Part shown: one piece after another, positions 36,729 through 45,388 of the stretch
Layout of the letters: each line of letters begins with the position of its first letter
How positions within the stretch are numbered: the stretch's first letter is position 1
From: Patescibacteria group bacterium
GTDB taxonomy: Bacteria; Patescibacteriota; Minisyncoccia; Phycocordibacterales; Phycocordibacteraceae
DNA: 64,000 nt
Reading direction: 5' to 3'
Assembly: GCA_004322365.1 (NCBI GenBank)
Contig: SCTS01000006.1
Span: 70,201 to 134,200, forward strand
Notes under the pieces: generated by a model
What the model was told of the DNA's origin: nothing
Seen by the model: only the letters and a program-made list of their open reading frames with translations
The model's database searches: none
Translations under genes and position numbers: made by a program

Positions 36729-38894
36729 ATGGATCCAAAATTCCTACAACCATATAATTCAAAAGAAACGGAAGAGGCTATCTATACACGTTGGGAAGAA
36801 AGTGGCTATTTCAATCCTGACAATCTACCTGCCCTGAACGGAGTAGAAGGGTCGCAAGAACGCACAGAGCCATTTTCAATGGTACTTCCCCCGCCAAATG
36901 TTACCGGCATTCTCCATATGGGCTCAGCATTGATGCTCGTTATTGAAGATATACTTATTCGCCACGCTCGCATGAGTGGCAAAAAAACACTCTGGATTCC
37001 TGGCGCCGACTCTGCTGCAATCGCTACTCAATCAAAAGTCGAAGGAGAGATTTATAAGAAAGAGAAAAAAACCCGCCATGACCTCGGACGAGATGAACTT
37101 TTAAAACGAATAGATGTATTCGTAAAAGAGAGCGAAAAAACTATTGTTGAGCAAATGAAACGTGTCGGCGCCTCATTAGATTTTTCTCGCTATGCCTACA
37201 CTATGGATAGCGCGAGATACCATGCCGTCATGGAGGCCTTTGTACGAATGTACAATGCTGGTCTCATTTATCGCGGATACCGAATCGTAAACTGGGACCC
37301 AAAACTCCAAACTACTGTTTCGGATGATGAAATGGACTATGTAGAAGAGTCCGTTCCATTCTACTATTTCAAATACGGACCATTTGTCATCGGCACGGTA
37401 CGACCTGAAACAAAGTTTGGTGATAAATATGTTGTGATGCATCCAGAAGATGCTCGCTATAAAGAATGGAAGCATGGTCAGACATTTGATCTTGAGTGGA
37501 TAAACGGCCCCATCACCGCAACGATAATCAAAGACGAAGCAGCTGATATGGAAATGGGTTCAGGAGTTATGACTATTACACCCGCGCACTCGGTAGTGGA
37601 CTTCGAGATTGCGAAGCGCCATGGGCTTGATATAGAGCAAGTCATAGACGACCGCGGACTTCTCCTTCCTATAGCAGGAGAATTTCAAGGTAATCACATC
37701 AAAAAAGCTCGTCCGCTAATCATTGAGAAGCTCAAAGCAAAAGGGCTCATTGATAAAATTGATGAGAAATATGTCCACAACATCGCAACAAACAGCCGTG
37801 GCGGAGGCATTATAGAGCCTCAAATAAAGCGTCAATGGTTTGTCGGGGTCAATACCGAGTTTGAAAAAAATGGAAAGAAAACGACCCTGAAGAAAATGAT
37901 GCGAGAGACTGTGGAGAGCAAGGCAGTAGACATTACACCTGAGAGATACGAAAAAACATACTTCCACTGGATAGATAACCTCCGAGATTGGTGTATTTCA
38001 CGCCAAATATGGTTCGGGCATCGTATTCCAGTATGGTACCGAGGTGAAGAAACATATGTCGGAGTCACTGCACCCGAAGGTGCGGGATGGGAGCAAGATT
38101 CTGACACACTCGACACATGGTTTTCCGCTGGATTATGGACATTCTCTACACTTGGCTGGCCTAATGAGACAAAAGATTTAAAAACTTTCCACCCCACTTC
38201 AATTCTAGAAACTGGATACGATATTCTCTTCTTCTGGGTAGCCCGCATGATTCTCATGAGTGGATTCCTCCTCGATGAGGTACCGTTCAAAAAAGTCTAT
38301 CTTCATGGATTAGTTCGTGACGGACAAGGGCGAAAGATTTCAAAATCCCTAGGCAACAACATTGACCCATTAGACATGGCAGCGAAATACGGCATGGATG
38401 CAGTACGCGTTTCTTTGATTGCTGGCATGGCACCAGGAACCGATAGTAAAATTTCTGAAGAAAAAATTCGCGGATATAAAAATTTTGCAAATAAAATTTG
38501 GAACATTGCTCGCTTCGTACTTGAGAATGGTGGCGGAAGCACGCCAAACGCTCCCTATACAAAAGAAGATGCACTATTAGCCACAGAAGTAACCGAAATA
38601 GCAAAAAATGTTTCTGAACACATCGAAAAATTTAGAATCGACCTTGCCTTCGATATTTTGTACCACTTCATCTGGCACCGATTCGCAGATGAAATAATTG
38701 AAGCATCAAAACCAATACTCAAGGGAGCTAGCGAAGAAGAGAAAGCATCTCGACAAAAACTCCTCTACGAAACACTGCAATGCTTCCTGAAGCTCCTCCA
38801 CCCATTCATGCCATTCGTAACTGAAGAGATATGGACATACCTTCCTCAAAAGGAAACTGAATTATTGATAGTGGCTCCCTGGCCAGAGGGTTAG
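36729..38894 (+). CDS. valS: Valyl-tRNA synthetase (short form) with a variant HIGH motif
   Basis: PPPNVTGILHMGSA (ValRS-type N-terminus, with HMGSA instead of HMGHA), WIPGADSAAIATQ (instead of GTDHAGIATQ), and the KMSKS-equivalent KISKSLGNNIDP. Confidence 0.75.
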   Translation: MDPKFLQPYNSKETEEAIYTRWEESGYFNPDNLPALNGVEGSQERTEPFSMVLPPPNVTGILHMGSALMLVIEDILIRHARMSGKKTLWIPGADSAAIATQSKVEGEIYKKEKKTRHDLGRDELLKRIDVFVKESEKTIVEQMKRVGASLDFSRYAYTMDSARYHAVMEAFVRMYNAGLIYRGYRIVNWDPKLQTTVSDDEMDYVEESVPFYYFKYGPFVIGTVRPETKFGDKYVVMHPEDARYKEWKHGQTFDLEWINGPITATIIKDEAADMEMGSGVMTITPAHSVVDFEIAKRHGLDIEQVIDDRGLLLPIAGEFQGNHIKKARPLIIEKLKAKGLIDKIDEKYVHNIATNSRGGGIIEPQIKRQWFVGVNTEFEKNGKKTTLKKMMRETVESKAVDITPERYEKTYFHWIDNLRDWCISRQIWFGHRIPVWYRGEETYVGVTAPEGAGWEQDSDTLDTWFSAGLWTFSTLGWPNETKDLKTFHPTSILETGYDILFFWVARMILMSGFLLDEVPFKKVYLHGLVRDGQGRKISKSLGNNIDPLDMAAKYGMDAVRVSLIAGMAPGTDSKISEEKIRGYKNFANKIWNIARFVLENGGGSTPNAPYTKEDALLATEVTEIAKNVSEHIEKFRIDLAFDILYHFIWHRFADEIIEASKPILKGASEEEKASRQKLLYETLQCFLKLLHPFMPFVTEEIWTYLPQKETELLIVAPWPEG

Positions 38895-39010
38895 CCTCTA
38901 GCTTTCAGGTTCTAGGTTCTAGCTCTTTAACTTCTTTGAAGGCTTTTCCTTCCTGTAACCTGTAACCTCAATGATCCCTTCGGATCCGATGAGGCATCGC
39001 CTAAACCCTA
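38892..39010. repeat. CTAG-rich repeat copy plus GATCCCTTCGGATCCGATGAGGCATCGCC hairpin repeat
   Basis: GCCTCTAGCTTTCAGGTTCTAGGTTCTAGCTCTTTAAC...CCTGTAACCTGTAACCTCAATGATCCCTTCGGATCCGATGAGGCATCGCCTAAACCCTAAT. Confidence 0.6.
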
Positions 39011-39032
39011 ATTCAGGCGTTAGAATACTTAT

Positions 39033-39770
39033 ATGTTCTCTTTTCTTATGAGCACTCAGTCAGCGTTCGCTGCATTCTTCCTGAGTTTGATACCGGTACT
39101 CATTTGGCTTACCTTTTGGCTCTTTGAAGACTCGAAGCGCCCCGAACCACGCAAACTCATCTTCTTAGCATTTGTCTCGGGCATGGTGGGAGTTCTCATC
39201 GTGCTTCCCTTTCAACAAGTAGCTGCTACATATCTCACTATGAGTTTTCCACTCATCCTTATATGGGCAGGAATTGAAGAAGTTACAAAATTTTTGATTG
39301 CGTATGTAATGATTCTCCGAAAGCGTGATGCTGATGAACCTATTGATTTTCCAATATACCTCATTACTGTTGCGCTAGGTTTTGCCGCACTCGAAAATAC
39401 ACTTTTTATTTTTAATCCCCTAGCTAACGGACAAATCTTTGAAGGTTTGGTTTCTGGAAACCTCCGCTTTATTGGTGCAACACTGGTACATGTGCTTTCA
39501 TCATCGGTGATTGGTGGAGCACTCGCATTTGCATATTATCGCGAACGAATTCAAAAAATTTGGTACGGAGTCATAGGAGTTATCCTCGCGATTCTATTGC
39601 ATGCATTCTTTAATTTCCTTATAATCATTAGTGGATCAGGTGCCACACTCACGGTTTTTCTAGGCGTGTGGTTTGGTATCATTTTCGTACTACTTGCACT
39701 TGAACGCATCAAAAGCCTAGCCCGTCCACTCTGGTGGGAAAAGATATTTATGAGAAGAAGAAACCAATAA
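39033..39770 (+). CDS. PrsW-family intramembrane metalloprotease
   Basis: Multi-TM protein with the EEVTK motif, FAALENTLF and HVLSS/HAFFN motifs characteristic of PrsW/YhfC. Confidence 0.65.
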   Translation: MFSFLMSTQSAFAAFFLSLIPVLIWLTFWLFEDSKRPEPRKLIFLAFVSGMVGVLIVLPFQQVAATYLTMSFPLILIWAGIEEVTKFLIAYVMILRKRDADEPIDFPIYLITVALGFAALENTLFIFNPLANGQIFEGLVSGNLRFIGATLVHVLSSSVIGGALAFAYYRERIQKIWYGVIGVILAILLHAFFNFLIIISGSGATLTVFLGVWFGIIFVLLALERIKSLARPLWWEKIFMRRRNQ

Positions 39771-39783
39771 TCATTTTAGTACT

Positions 39784-40260
39784 ATGGCAAAAAAACCCTC
39801 ATTCTTTGATCGACTTACTGGTGCGAACTTCGACAACGACTTCGATACCTTTGAAGAAAAAACATCGGTACAAAATAACTCATATGATGAAGACAGCGGG
39901 CCCATTACTGTTCCTGAACGCGAAGAGCCAGGTGCCGCACAGCTTACCGTTGATGTATACCAGAATGATTCAGATATCATGATCCGTGCACTCGTTGCAG
40001 GGGTACGACCAGAAGACTTGGATATTGCCATCACCAGAGACATGGTGACTATACAGGGAAAGCGCGTTGACCAGAAAGAAGTGAGCGAAGATGGGTATGT
40101 GTATCGAGAGCTCTATTGGGGAGCATTTGCACGAACCATTGTCCTTCCTGCTGAAATTGATGTCGACTCAGCTGAGGCGAGTGAAAAACACGGCCTCCTT
40201 ACACTCAAACTTCCAAAAATAAACAAGAACCGTCAAACAAAGCTCAAAGTGAAAGGTTAA
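39784..40260 (+). CDS. Hsp20/alpha-crystallin small heat-shock protein
   Basis: 158 aa with an alpha-crystallin domain (LTVDVYQ... GAFARTIVLP... LTLKLPK). Confidence 0.8.
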   Translation: MAKKPSFFDRLTGANFDNDFDTFEEKTSVQNNSYDEDSGPITVPEREEPGAAQLTVDVYQNDSDIMIRALVAGVRPEDLDIAITRDMVTIQGKRVDQKEVSEDGYVYRELYWGAFARTIVLPAEIDVDSAEASEKHGLLTLKLPKINKNRQTKLKVKG

Positions 40261-40262
40261 AT

Positions 40263-40293
40263 AAAAAAACCGCCCTTTAAGGGCGGTTTTTTT
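40263..40293. terminator. Bidirectional intrinsic terminator
   Basis: AAAAAAACCGCCCTTTAAGGGCGGTTTTTTT. Confidence 0.85.
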
Positions 40294-40302
40294 ATTGGTA
40301 CC

Positions 40303-40905
40303 CTAACCTACAACAGGTAAACCACCAAAATCAGTTTTCTGAATCTCTTTGTATTTTGGATTTTTCACGAGCGCAGGCTTGCCGTCTTTCTCAATAACAT
40401 AATAGGCAAACCCCTGCATCTGTTGTACTGGTTTATAATCCGCATGCCCTGGCAAGGATACTGGATCGCGCTCTTCAAAGTCGACAGGACTATCGTCAGC
40501 AGTGACAAAATAGGTGTTCCCCGTATTGACCACTAGGTGCCCGAAATCTTTCGGCATGTACACGCTATCCCCCGCTTTCACAGAGAGTGCACGGAACTCT
40601 TCTATAACATCCGCTTGAGGATTTCCTGACGCATCAAGCGCGCGCTTCTGAAGAAGGGCAATACCTTCTCCAAGAATAATCCAGTAGTTTTCATCAAGAT
40701 CGCCAACATGATAATGGCCATAGGTCTTGATATATTCACCACCTACAAGTCCTGGTTCCCAAACGGTAACATTACGCTGATCAGAGCCCCCTCGAATCAT
40801 GTAGTAATGAATAGCAGGCCCTGGAGCGCTCGGATTCATTAAAACCTCCTGCATCTTTTCATGCGAACGAGAAGCGTAGTGTTTAGGAACATCCTTAAAA
40901 TCCAT
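40303..40905 (-). CDS. Cupin-type glucose-6-phosphate isomerase (cPGI-like)
   Basis: 201 aa from the internal ATG, with the cupin motif TYGHYHVG...E. The longer ORF start overlaps tRNA-Phe. Confidence 0.55.
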   Translation of the reverse strand: MDFKDVPKHYASRSHEKMQEVLMNPSAPGPAIHYYMIRGGSDQRNVTVWEPGLVGGEYIKTYGHYHVGDLDENYWIILGEGIALLQKRALDASGNPQADVIEEFRALSVKAGDSVYMPKDFGHLVVNTGNTYFVTADDSPVDFEERDPVSLPGHADYKPVQQMQGFAYYVIEKDGKPALVKNPKYKEIQKTDFGGLPVVG

Positions 40906-40938
40906 AGTGTTTAAGAAATTATAACAAACTTTTAAATG

Positions 40939-41011
40939 TGCTGGGACCCGGGTTCGAACCGGGGACCTCACCCTCTTCAGGGGCGCGCTCTACCAACTGA
41001 GCTATCCCAGC
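40939..41011 (-). tRNA. tRNA-Phe (GAA)
   Basis: Minus-strand sequence GCTGGGATAGCTCAGTTGGTAGAGCGCGCCCCTGAAGAGGGTGAGGTCCCCGGTTCGAACCCGGGTCCCAGCA. Confidence 0.85.
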
Positions 41012-41053
41012 AATCTGCGTATTCTAGCCGAATTTATGGCTAAAATCTAGGTT

Positions 41054-41344
41054 CTACTGCCCACCCCCAAACTTCTTTAAAAGCTCGTCTAATTTAGAAA
41101 GATTAACGCTTGTTGTGTTACTCACCGCACTCGTTGTCTTTTGAACATTCTGATAGGTGTCTAATACTCCCTGCAAATACGGCTGAATAAAGAGCCATGC
41201 AATGTAGGGCAACACGATAAACAGAACGACCCACACAACAAATTTCACAATGCCTCCAATGAACGCGTCACGACGCATTGCCTTGAGCATGTGATTGTTC
41301 TCCTTTGTAAACTCATACATCTCAGTCAATTTTTGTTCATCCAT
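41054..41344 (-). CDS. Small membrane protein, hypothetical (96 aa)
   Basis: One TM helix and a charged N-terminus. Confidence 0.4.
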   Translation of the reverse strand: MDEQKLTEMYEFTKENNHMLKAMRRDAFIGGIVKFVVWVVLFIVLPYIAWLFIQPYLQGVLDTYQNVQKTTSAVSNTTSVNLSKLDELLKKFGGGQ

Positions 41345-41395
41345 GCAAAAAAGTATAGCACCGTGTTAGACTAGGGCACGCGACATTTGCCCACA

Positions 41396-41467
41396 GCCCT
41401 CTTAGTTCAATGGATAGAACGGAGGTTTCCTAAACCTCTGATTCAGGTTCGACTCCTGAGGAGGGCA
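41396..41467 (+). tRNA. tRNA-Arg (CCT)
   Basis: Acceptor GCCCTCT/GGAGGGC (one G-U pair), anticodon arm GAGGT-TTCCTAA-ACCTC, T-arm TCAGGTTCGACTCCTGA. Confidence 0.8.
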
Positions 41468-41607
41468 CAAAAGTACGCGGAGCGTTTTTGAACACTCCAA
41501 AATGTCTGGGAGACATTTGTTCAGGAGTCGAAGATCTTGTGAGCATTTTTTCTGAGTCGTTTCGATGAAAGAAAAAATCCACAAGGTGTACAGCTCCTGT
41601 AAGGAGA

Positions 41608-41626
41608 GACTCCTGAGGAGGGCACA
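41608..41626 (+). repeat. Direct repeat of the tRNA-Arg 3' end (GACTCCTGAGGAGGGCACA), 157 nt downstream of the tRNA
   Basis: It is identical over 19 nt to 41451-41469. This is an att-site-like duplication. Confidence 0.75.
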
Positions 41627-41632
41627 ATAACA

Positions 41633-41659
41633 AAAAACCCGCCAGTGGCGGGTTTTTTG
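41633..41659. terminator. Bidirectional intrinsic terminator
   Basis: AAAAAACCCGCCAGTGGCGGGTTTTTTG. Confidence 0.85.
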
Positions 41660-41917
41660 TTAGGCGGTGATGTTGAGAAGTTCTGAAAGCTTTTCCTTAT
41701 CAAAACCAATAACTACATCGTCCCCAATAACAGTCACCGGAACGCCCATTTGGCTGGTGATATTGAACATTTCTTGTCGACGCTCAAGGTCCTTGGAGAC
41801 ATCATAATTAGTGAACTCTATTCCTTTCTCAATGAAAAATTCCTTCGTCATCTGGCAGAAATGGCAGGTAGGCGTTGAGTATATTGCGACTGTTTTTTGC
41901 TGTGTTGGCTGATCCAT
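41660..41917 (-). CDS. Glutaredoxin-family (NrdH-like) redoxin
   Basis: 85 aa with a CHFC active site and thioredoxin fold. Confidence 0.75.
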   Translation of the reverse strand: MDQPTQQKTVAIYSTPTCHFCQMTKEFFIEKGIEFTNYDVSKDLERRQEMFNITSQMGVPVTVIGDDVVIGFDKEKLSELLNITA

Positions 41918-42014
41918 AGAATTTTAATTTATTAGTTTGGATAGTATATCATTCCTCGAAAAGCTCGCCACTCCTTGCCCTAGAACCTTAGCTATCTTAC
42001 TATTCTACTGCCAA

Positions 42015-42085
42015 GCGGAATTAGTTTAGTGGCAGAACTGGTGCTTCCCAAGCATCAGGCGGGAGTTCGATTCTCCCATTCCGCA
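42015..42085 (+). tRNA. tRNA-Gly (CCC)
   Basis: GCGGAATTAGTTTAGTGGCAGAACTGGTGCTTCCCAAGCATCAGGCGGGAGTTCGATTCTCCCATTCCGCA, with anticodon loop TTCCCAA. Confidence 0.8.
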
Positions 42086-42134
42086 CTAGAATGGCGAAGC
42101 CAAAGCGTTTTGGGGGAAGAAAATTTTTAATCAT

Positions 42135-42719
42135 ATGAATCCAGGAAAACCAAATTTTAATCCCAAACCGCCTACGCAGGAACAGGAAGAATCTGTTAAA
42201 TCTGAAAAAGAAATTGCGTGGGATAAAAAACTTGAAGAGGTAAATAAAATTACTGATGGTCTTGGTCTTGATGAAAAAATCAAGGAACCGGTCGCGGCCT
42301 TTTTGATCCATGAATTTACCACTAGTCAGTCTTGTGAAGGACATGTTGGAGAAGAAGAAAAACATGGACTTTCCTTTCCTTGGATAGAAATTTATGCTCC
42401 TGAACCGAAAGGTTGGAGAGAAGTAACGGGAGAAAAGAAAAAACAGTTGGACAGAGAGTGGAAGATAGAAAATTTGAAACAACAAGAGAAAATGATGGGT
42501 TTTTTTGCAGAATTTTATCAAGGTAGGGAAACACCATTTGATGCAAGACTGACCTTTGCCGGCATAGGGGCTTTCAGTGGCTTCCGAGTTCAAAGTTTTG
42601 GAGTAGAAATGATGAAATTATTACCGCTAGAAAAACAACTCAAAAAACTTGAACTTTATCGAAAAGAGATGAATGATTTTACTAACTTTTTGAAAAGTAA
42701 GTATTTTTCAAAAGAATAA
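42135..42719 (+). CDS. Hypothetical protein (194 aa), charged/K,E-rich, directly downstream of tRNA-Gly
   Basis: Preferred over the antisense 42021-42593 ORF, which overlaps the tRNA and is F-rich low complexity. Confidence 0.45.
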   Translation: MNPGKPNFNPKPPTQEQEESVKSEKEIAWDKKLEEVNKITDGLGLDEKIKEPVAAFLIHEFTTSQSCEGHVGEEEKHGLSFPWIEIYAPEPKGWREVTGEKKKQLDREWKIENLKQQEKMMGFFAEFYQGRETPFDARLTFAGIGAFSGFRVQSFGVEMMKLLPLEKQLKKLELYRKEMNDFTNFLKSKYFSKE

Positions 42720-42873
42720 TTTAAAGAATTTGTCGCCAAAGAAAAACTTTAAATTGTCAGCGGTACGGCTCCGCCACCTTTCAAAATTTTCGTGGAGAGA
42801 GGAATTTTTTGGAAAAGTGTGTTCGGACTAATTCACGAATACTGCACAAATCGAAGATTGCTGGGAATCGAAA

Positions 42874-43248
42874 TTACCACGGCCACCAGTCCAGTAATCC
42901 TTTCCAAAAAGCAGTATTAGAAGTACTTGTTGCTTTTGCGGTCGGTTTTGGAGCAATGAGCATAATCTCCTCTTCTCCTGGCTTTGCTACAGGAAAGCGT
43001 TTGCGCACCTCTTCTTCGATTCCTCGTGGAGTATCAAATTTTTGTAGATTTTCAGTGAGTACAACCTTCCGATTTGAAAGCTCAGATAGCGCATGCACCT
43101 CATTTTTATGTTGAATGCGAGCATCTCGTTCTTTGGTGTACACATGCCATGTGGTAAAGGCAAATACAATCAAAATTGCCCCACCAACCAAAAAACCTGC
43201 CCAGAGCAGAGTGCGAGCAAAGAGCCGCTTCCATTGTTTAGGAGTCAT
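42874..43248 (-). CDS. Septum-formation-initiator-like (FtsB/DivIC-type) membrane protein
   Basis: 124 aa with an N-terminal TM helix and coiled-coil region. Confidence 0.4.
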   Translation of the reverse strand: MTPKQWKRLFARTLLWAGFLVGGAILIVFAFTTWHVYTKERDARIQHKNEVHALSELSNRKVVLTENLQKFDTPRGIEEEVRKRFPVAKPGEEEIMLIAPKPTAKATSTSNTAFWKGLLDWWPW

Positions 43249-43255
43249 TTTGAAA

Positions 43256-43335
43256 AAAGCTGTTGGCTTTCAGCTATCGGCTTTCAGCTTGAAATCAAAA
43301 GCTAGAACCTGACAGCTGGAAACTGTAAGCTTCTT
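43256..43335. repeat. CTAG-rich repeat copy (left flank of small ORF)
   Basis: GCTGTTGGCTTTCAGCTATCGGCTTTCAGCTTGAAATCAAAAGCTAGAACCTGACAGCTGGAAACTGTAAGC. Confidence 0.6.
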
Positions 43336-43353
43336 TATTGTATACTGTCTCAA

Positions 43354-43458
43354 TGTTATTCGACAAAAAACACAAAGGGGCTATACAGATAGTGTGGGTA
43401 GTAGTGGCTGTGCTTATTATTGTAAGCATGATTGTACTTTCGTTCCCAATTCAATAAT
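43354..43458 (+). CDS. 34-aa hydrophobic micro-ORF flanked by CTAG repeats
   Basis: MLFDKKHKGAIQIVWVVVAVLIIVSMIVLSFPIQ, a single predicted TM helix. It is below the ORF-track cutoff and there is no strong SD sequence. Confidence 0.3.
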
Positions 43459-43459
43459 C

Positions 43460-43536
43460 AGGTTCTAGGTGCTAGCTTCTAGGTTTCAGGTTTCTATTTA
43501 AAGCTAGCACCTAGGCCCTAGAACCTAACACCTCTA
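43460..43536. repeat. CTAG-rich quasi-palindromic repeat copy (right flank)
   Basis: AGGTTCTAGGTGCTAGCTTCTAGGTTTCAGGTTTCTATTTAAAGCTAGCACCTAGGCCCTAGAACCTAACACC. Confidence 0.65.
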
Positions 43537-45348
43537 ATTGCTGTCTGGTTTTATCATTTTCAAAAATACCTCTGGTGGTATTTGTACTTTTGCATGCCCT
43601 CCTCGTCGCTCCTTTCCTCTCTTCTGCTTTTCAAGCACCTTCTTTTTTCTTGAAACATCTCCACCGTACAAACCACTCGTCACATCTTTACGCATAGCGG
43701 AAAGAGAGCGTGATGCAATAATACGACCATTCGCCTGTGATTGTATTTTTAAAACAAATTGCTGACGGGGCAATGTATTAGCAAGTTTTTCTACAACTGC
43801 ACGCGCCTCTTCTTCAACTCGACGCTCTGAAATAATGCGTGAAAATGCGGGCACTAATTCTTCTGCCACTAGGACATCGAGTCTCGTAACGGTTGCAGGA
43901 CGGAACTCTCCGAACTCATACGAGAGCGACGCAAAACCAGAAGATACACTTTTCAAACGGTCAAAAAATCCACGCATTAATTCACGGAGTGGCATTTCGG
44001 CTTTAATAAGAAGCCTGTCGTCTCCATATCCTGACAAACCAAACAGATCAGCAGAGTGTATGGTTGCTTCGTACTCGTACAACAATTGCGTCATTGGCGA
44101 CAAGTAGGAAGGTGGAATAATAATTGCGATATTCACCCACTGCTCACGAACTGATGCAATCATGCCGTGCGGAGGAAATTGTGTCGGAGTATAAATCTGT
44201 TCTGTCTTACCTTTTGTATCAGTCACCTCATACATAATTGAAGGTGTAGTGATGATTGGGGTAATAGAAAATTCACGCGTCAGGCGTTCAGTCACGATCT
44301 CCATATGGAGCATACCTAAAAAACCACATCGAAAACCCTTTCCAAGAACTGAAGAGCCATCTTCTTCAAATGAGAGCGCTGCATCCGAGAGCTTGAGTCG
44401 CAAAAGTGCCTGCTTAAGAAGCGTAAATCCATCTTGGCTGTCAGGATACAAAGATGCCCACACCACAGCCTTAGGGGTGCTATAGCCCTCATAGGCAGGC
44501 AAGGTAGAGTTTCCTGCCTTTATGGTGTCACCCACCAACGCAACCCCAGGCTCCTTTATTCCCGTTACCACATATCCAATGTCACCCGCTGAAAGAAACG
44601 GGGTAGGAAATTCTGCTGGCACTAACCACCCTGTTTCAAGTGCGGTCATTTTCTTTCCCACTGCCATGAAAGAGATTGTGTCTTTAGTGCGCAACTCCCC
44701 ATCAGTCACACGCACATATGCCACCACCCCTCGGTGTTCTGAATATGAAAAATCAAACACAAGCGCTCGCCCACCCTGCCCTGTCGCTTGATATGAAGTA
44801 GTGGGAGGTGGTACGCGTTCAACAATAGCAACAAGTAATTCTGCTACCCCCTCCCCTGTTTTTCCTGAGACTGACAAGACTTCCGATTCCTCCACATTCA
44901 AAAGTCGCGCCAGAGCTGAACGAACTTCCGGCACCCTTGACGCCGGCATATCAATTTTTGATAAGACAGGAATAATGACACATCCAGCATCCCGTGCCAT
45001 TGCAAGTGTTGCAAGTGTTTGTGCCTGAATGCCTTGCGTCGAGTCCACGAGGAGAAGCACGCCTTCAACGGCAGTAAGCGCGCGCGATACTTCATATGCA
45101 AAATCTATGTGCCCTGGAGTATCGATAAGATTGAGAACGTAGTTTGTAGAATTCAGAGCGTAGTTCATTCGAACAGGTTGCATCTTTATAGTGATGCCAC
45201 GCTCTCGCTCCAAATCCATTTGGTCGAGTACCTGCTCACGCATCTTCCGAGTAGGTACAGTATTGGTCACCTCAAGCATGCGATCAGCCAAGGTACTTTT
45301 ACCATGGTCAATGTGTGCGATTATAGAAAAATTACGAATATGTTTCAT
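43534..45348 (-). CDS. lepA: Elongation factor 4 (LepA)
   Basis: 604 aa with the IRNFSIIAHIDHGKSTLADR G-domain and a LepA-specific C-terminal domain. Confidence 0.9.
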   Translation of the reverse strand: MKHIRNFSIIAHIDHGKSTLADRMLEVTNTVPTRKMREQVLDQMDLERERGITIKMQPVRMNYALNSTNYVLNLIDTPGHIDFAYEVSRALTAVEGVLLLVDSTQGIQAQTLATLAMARDAGCVIIPVLSKIDMPASRVPEVRSALARLLNVEESEVLSVSGKTGEGVAELLVAIVERVPPPTTSYQATGQGGRALVFDFSYSEHRGVVAYVRVTDGELRTKDTISFMAVGKKMTALETGWLVPAEFPTPFLSAGDIGYVVTGIKEPGVALVGDTIKAGNSTLPAYEGYSTPKAVVWASLYPDSQDGFTLLKQALLRLKLSDAALSFEEDGSSVLGKGFRCGFLGMLHMEIVTERLTREFSITPIITTPSIMYEVTDTKGKTEQIYTPTQFPPHGMIASVREQWVNIAIIIPPSYLSPMTQLLYEYEATIHSADLFGLSGYGDDRLLIKAEMPLRELMRGFFDRLKSVSSGFASLSYEFGEFRPATVTRLDVLVAEELVPAFSRIISERRVEEEARAVVEKLANTLPRQQFVLKIQSQANGRIIASRSLSAMRKDVTSGLYGGDVSRKKKVLEKQKRGKERRGGHAKVQIPPEVFLKMIKPDSN

Positions 45349-45388
45349 AGGGCAATTAATTCAGTATGCAATATAGTCGACAAAAATT

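Noticed and set aside
42021-42593. 190-aa minus-strand ORF
   Set aside because: It overlaps tRNA-Gly and is F-rich low complexity. The plus-strand 42135-42719 ORF has better coding character.
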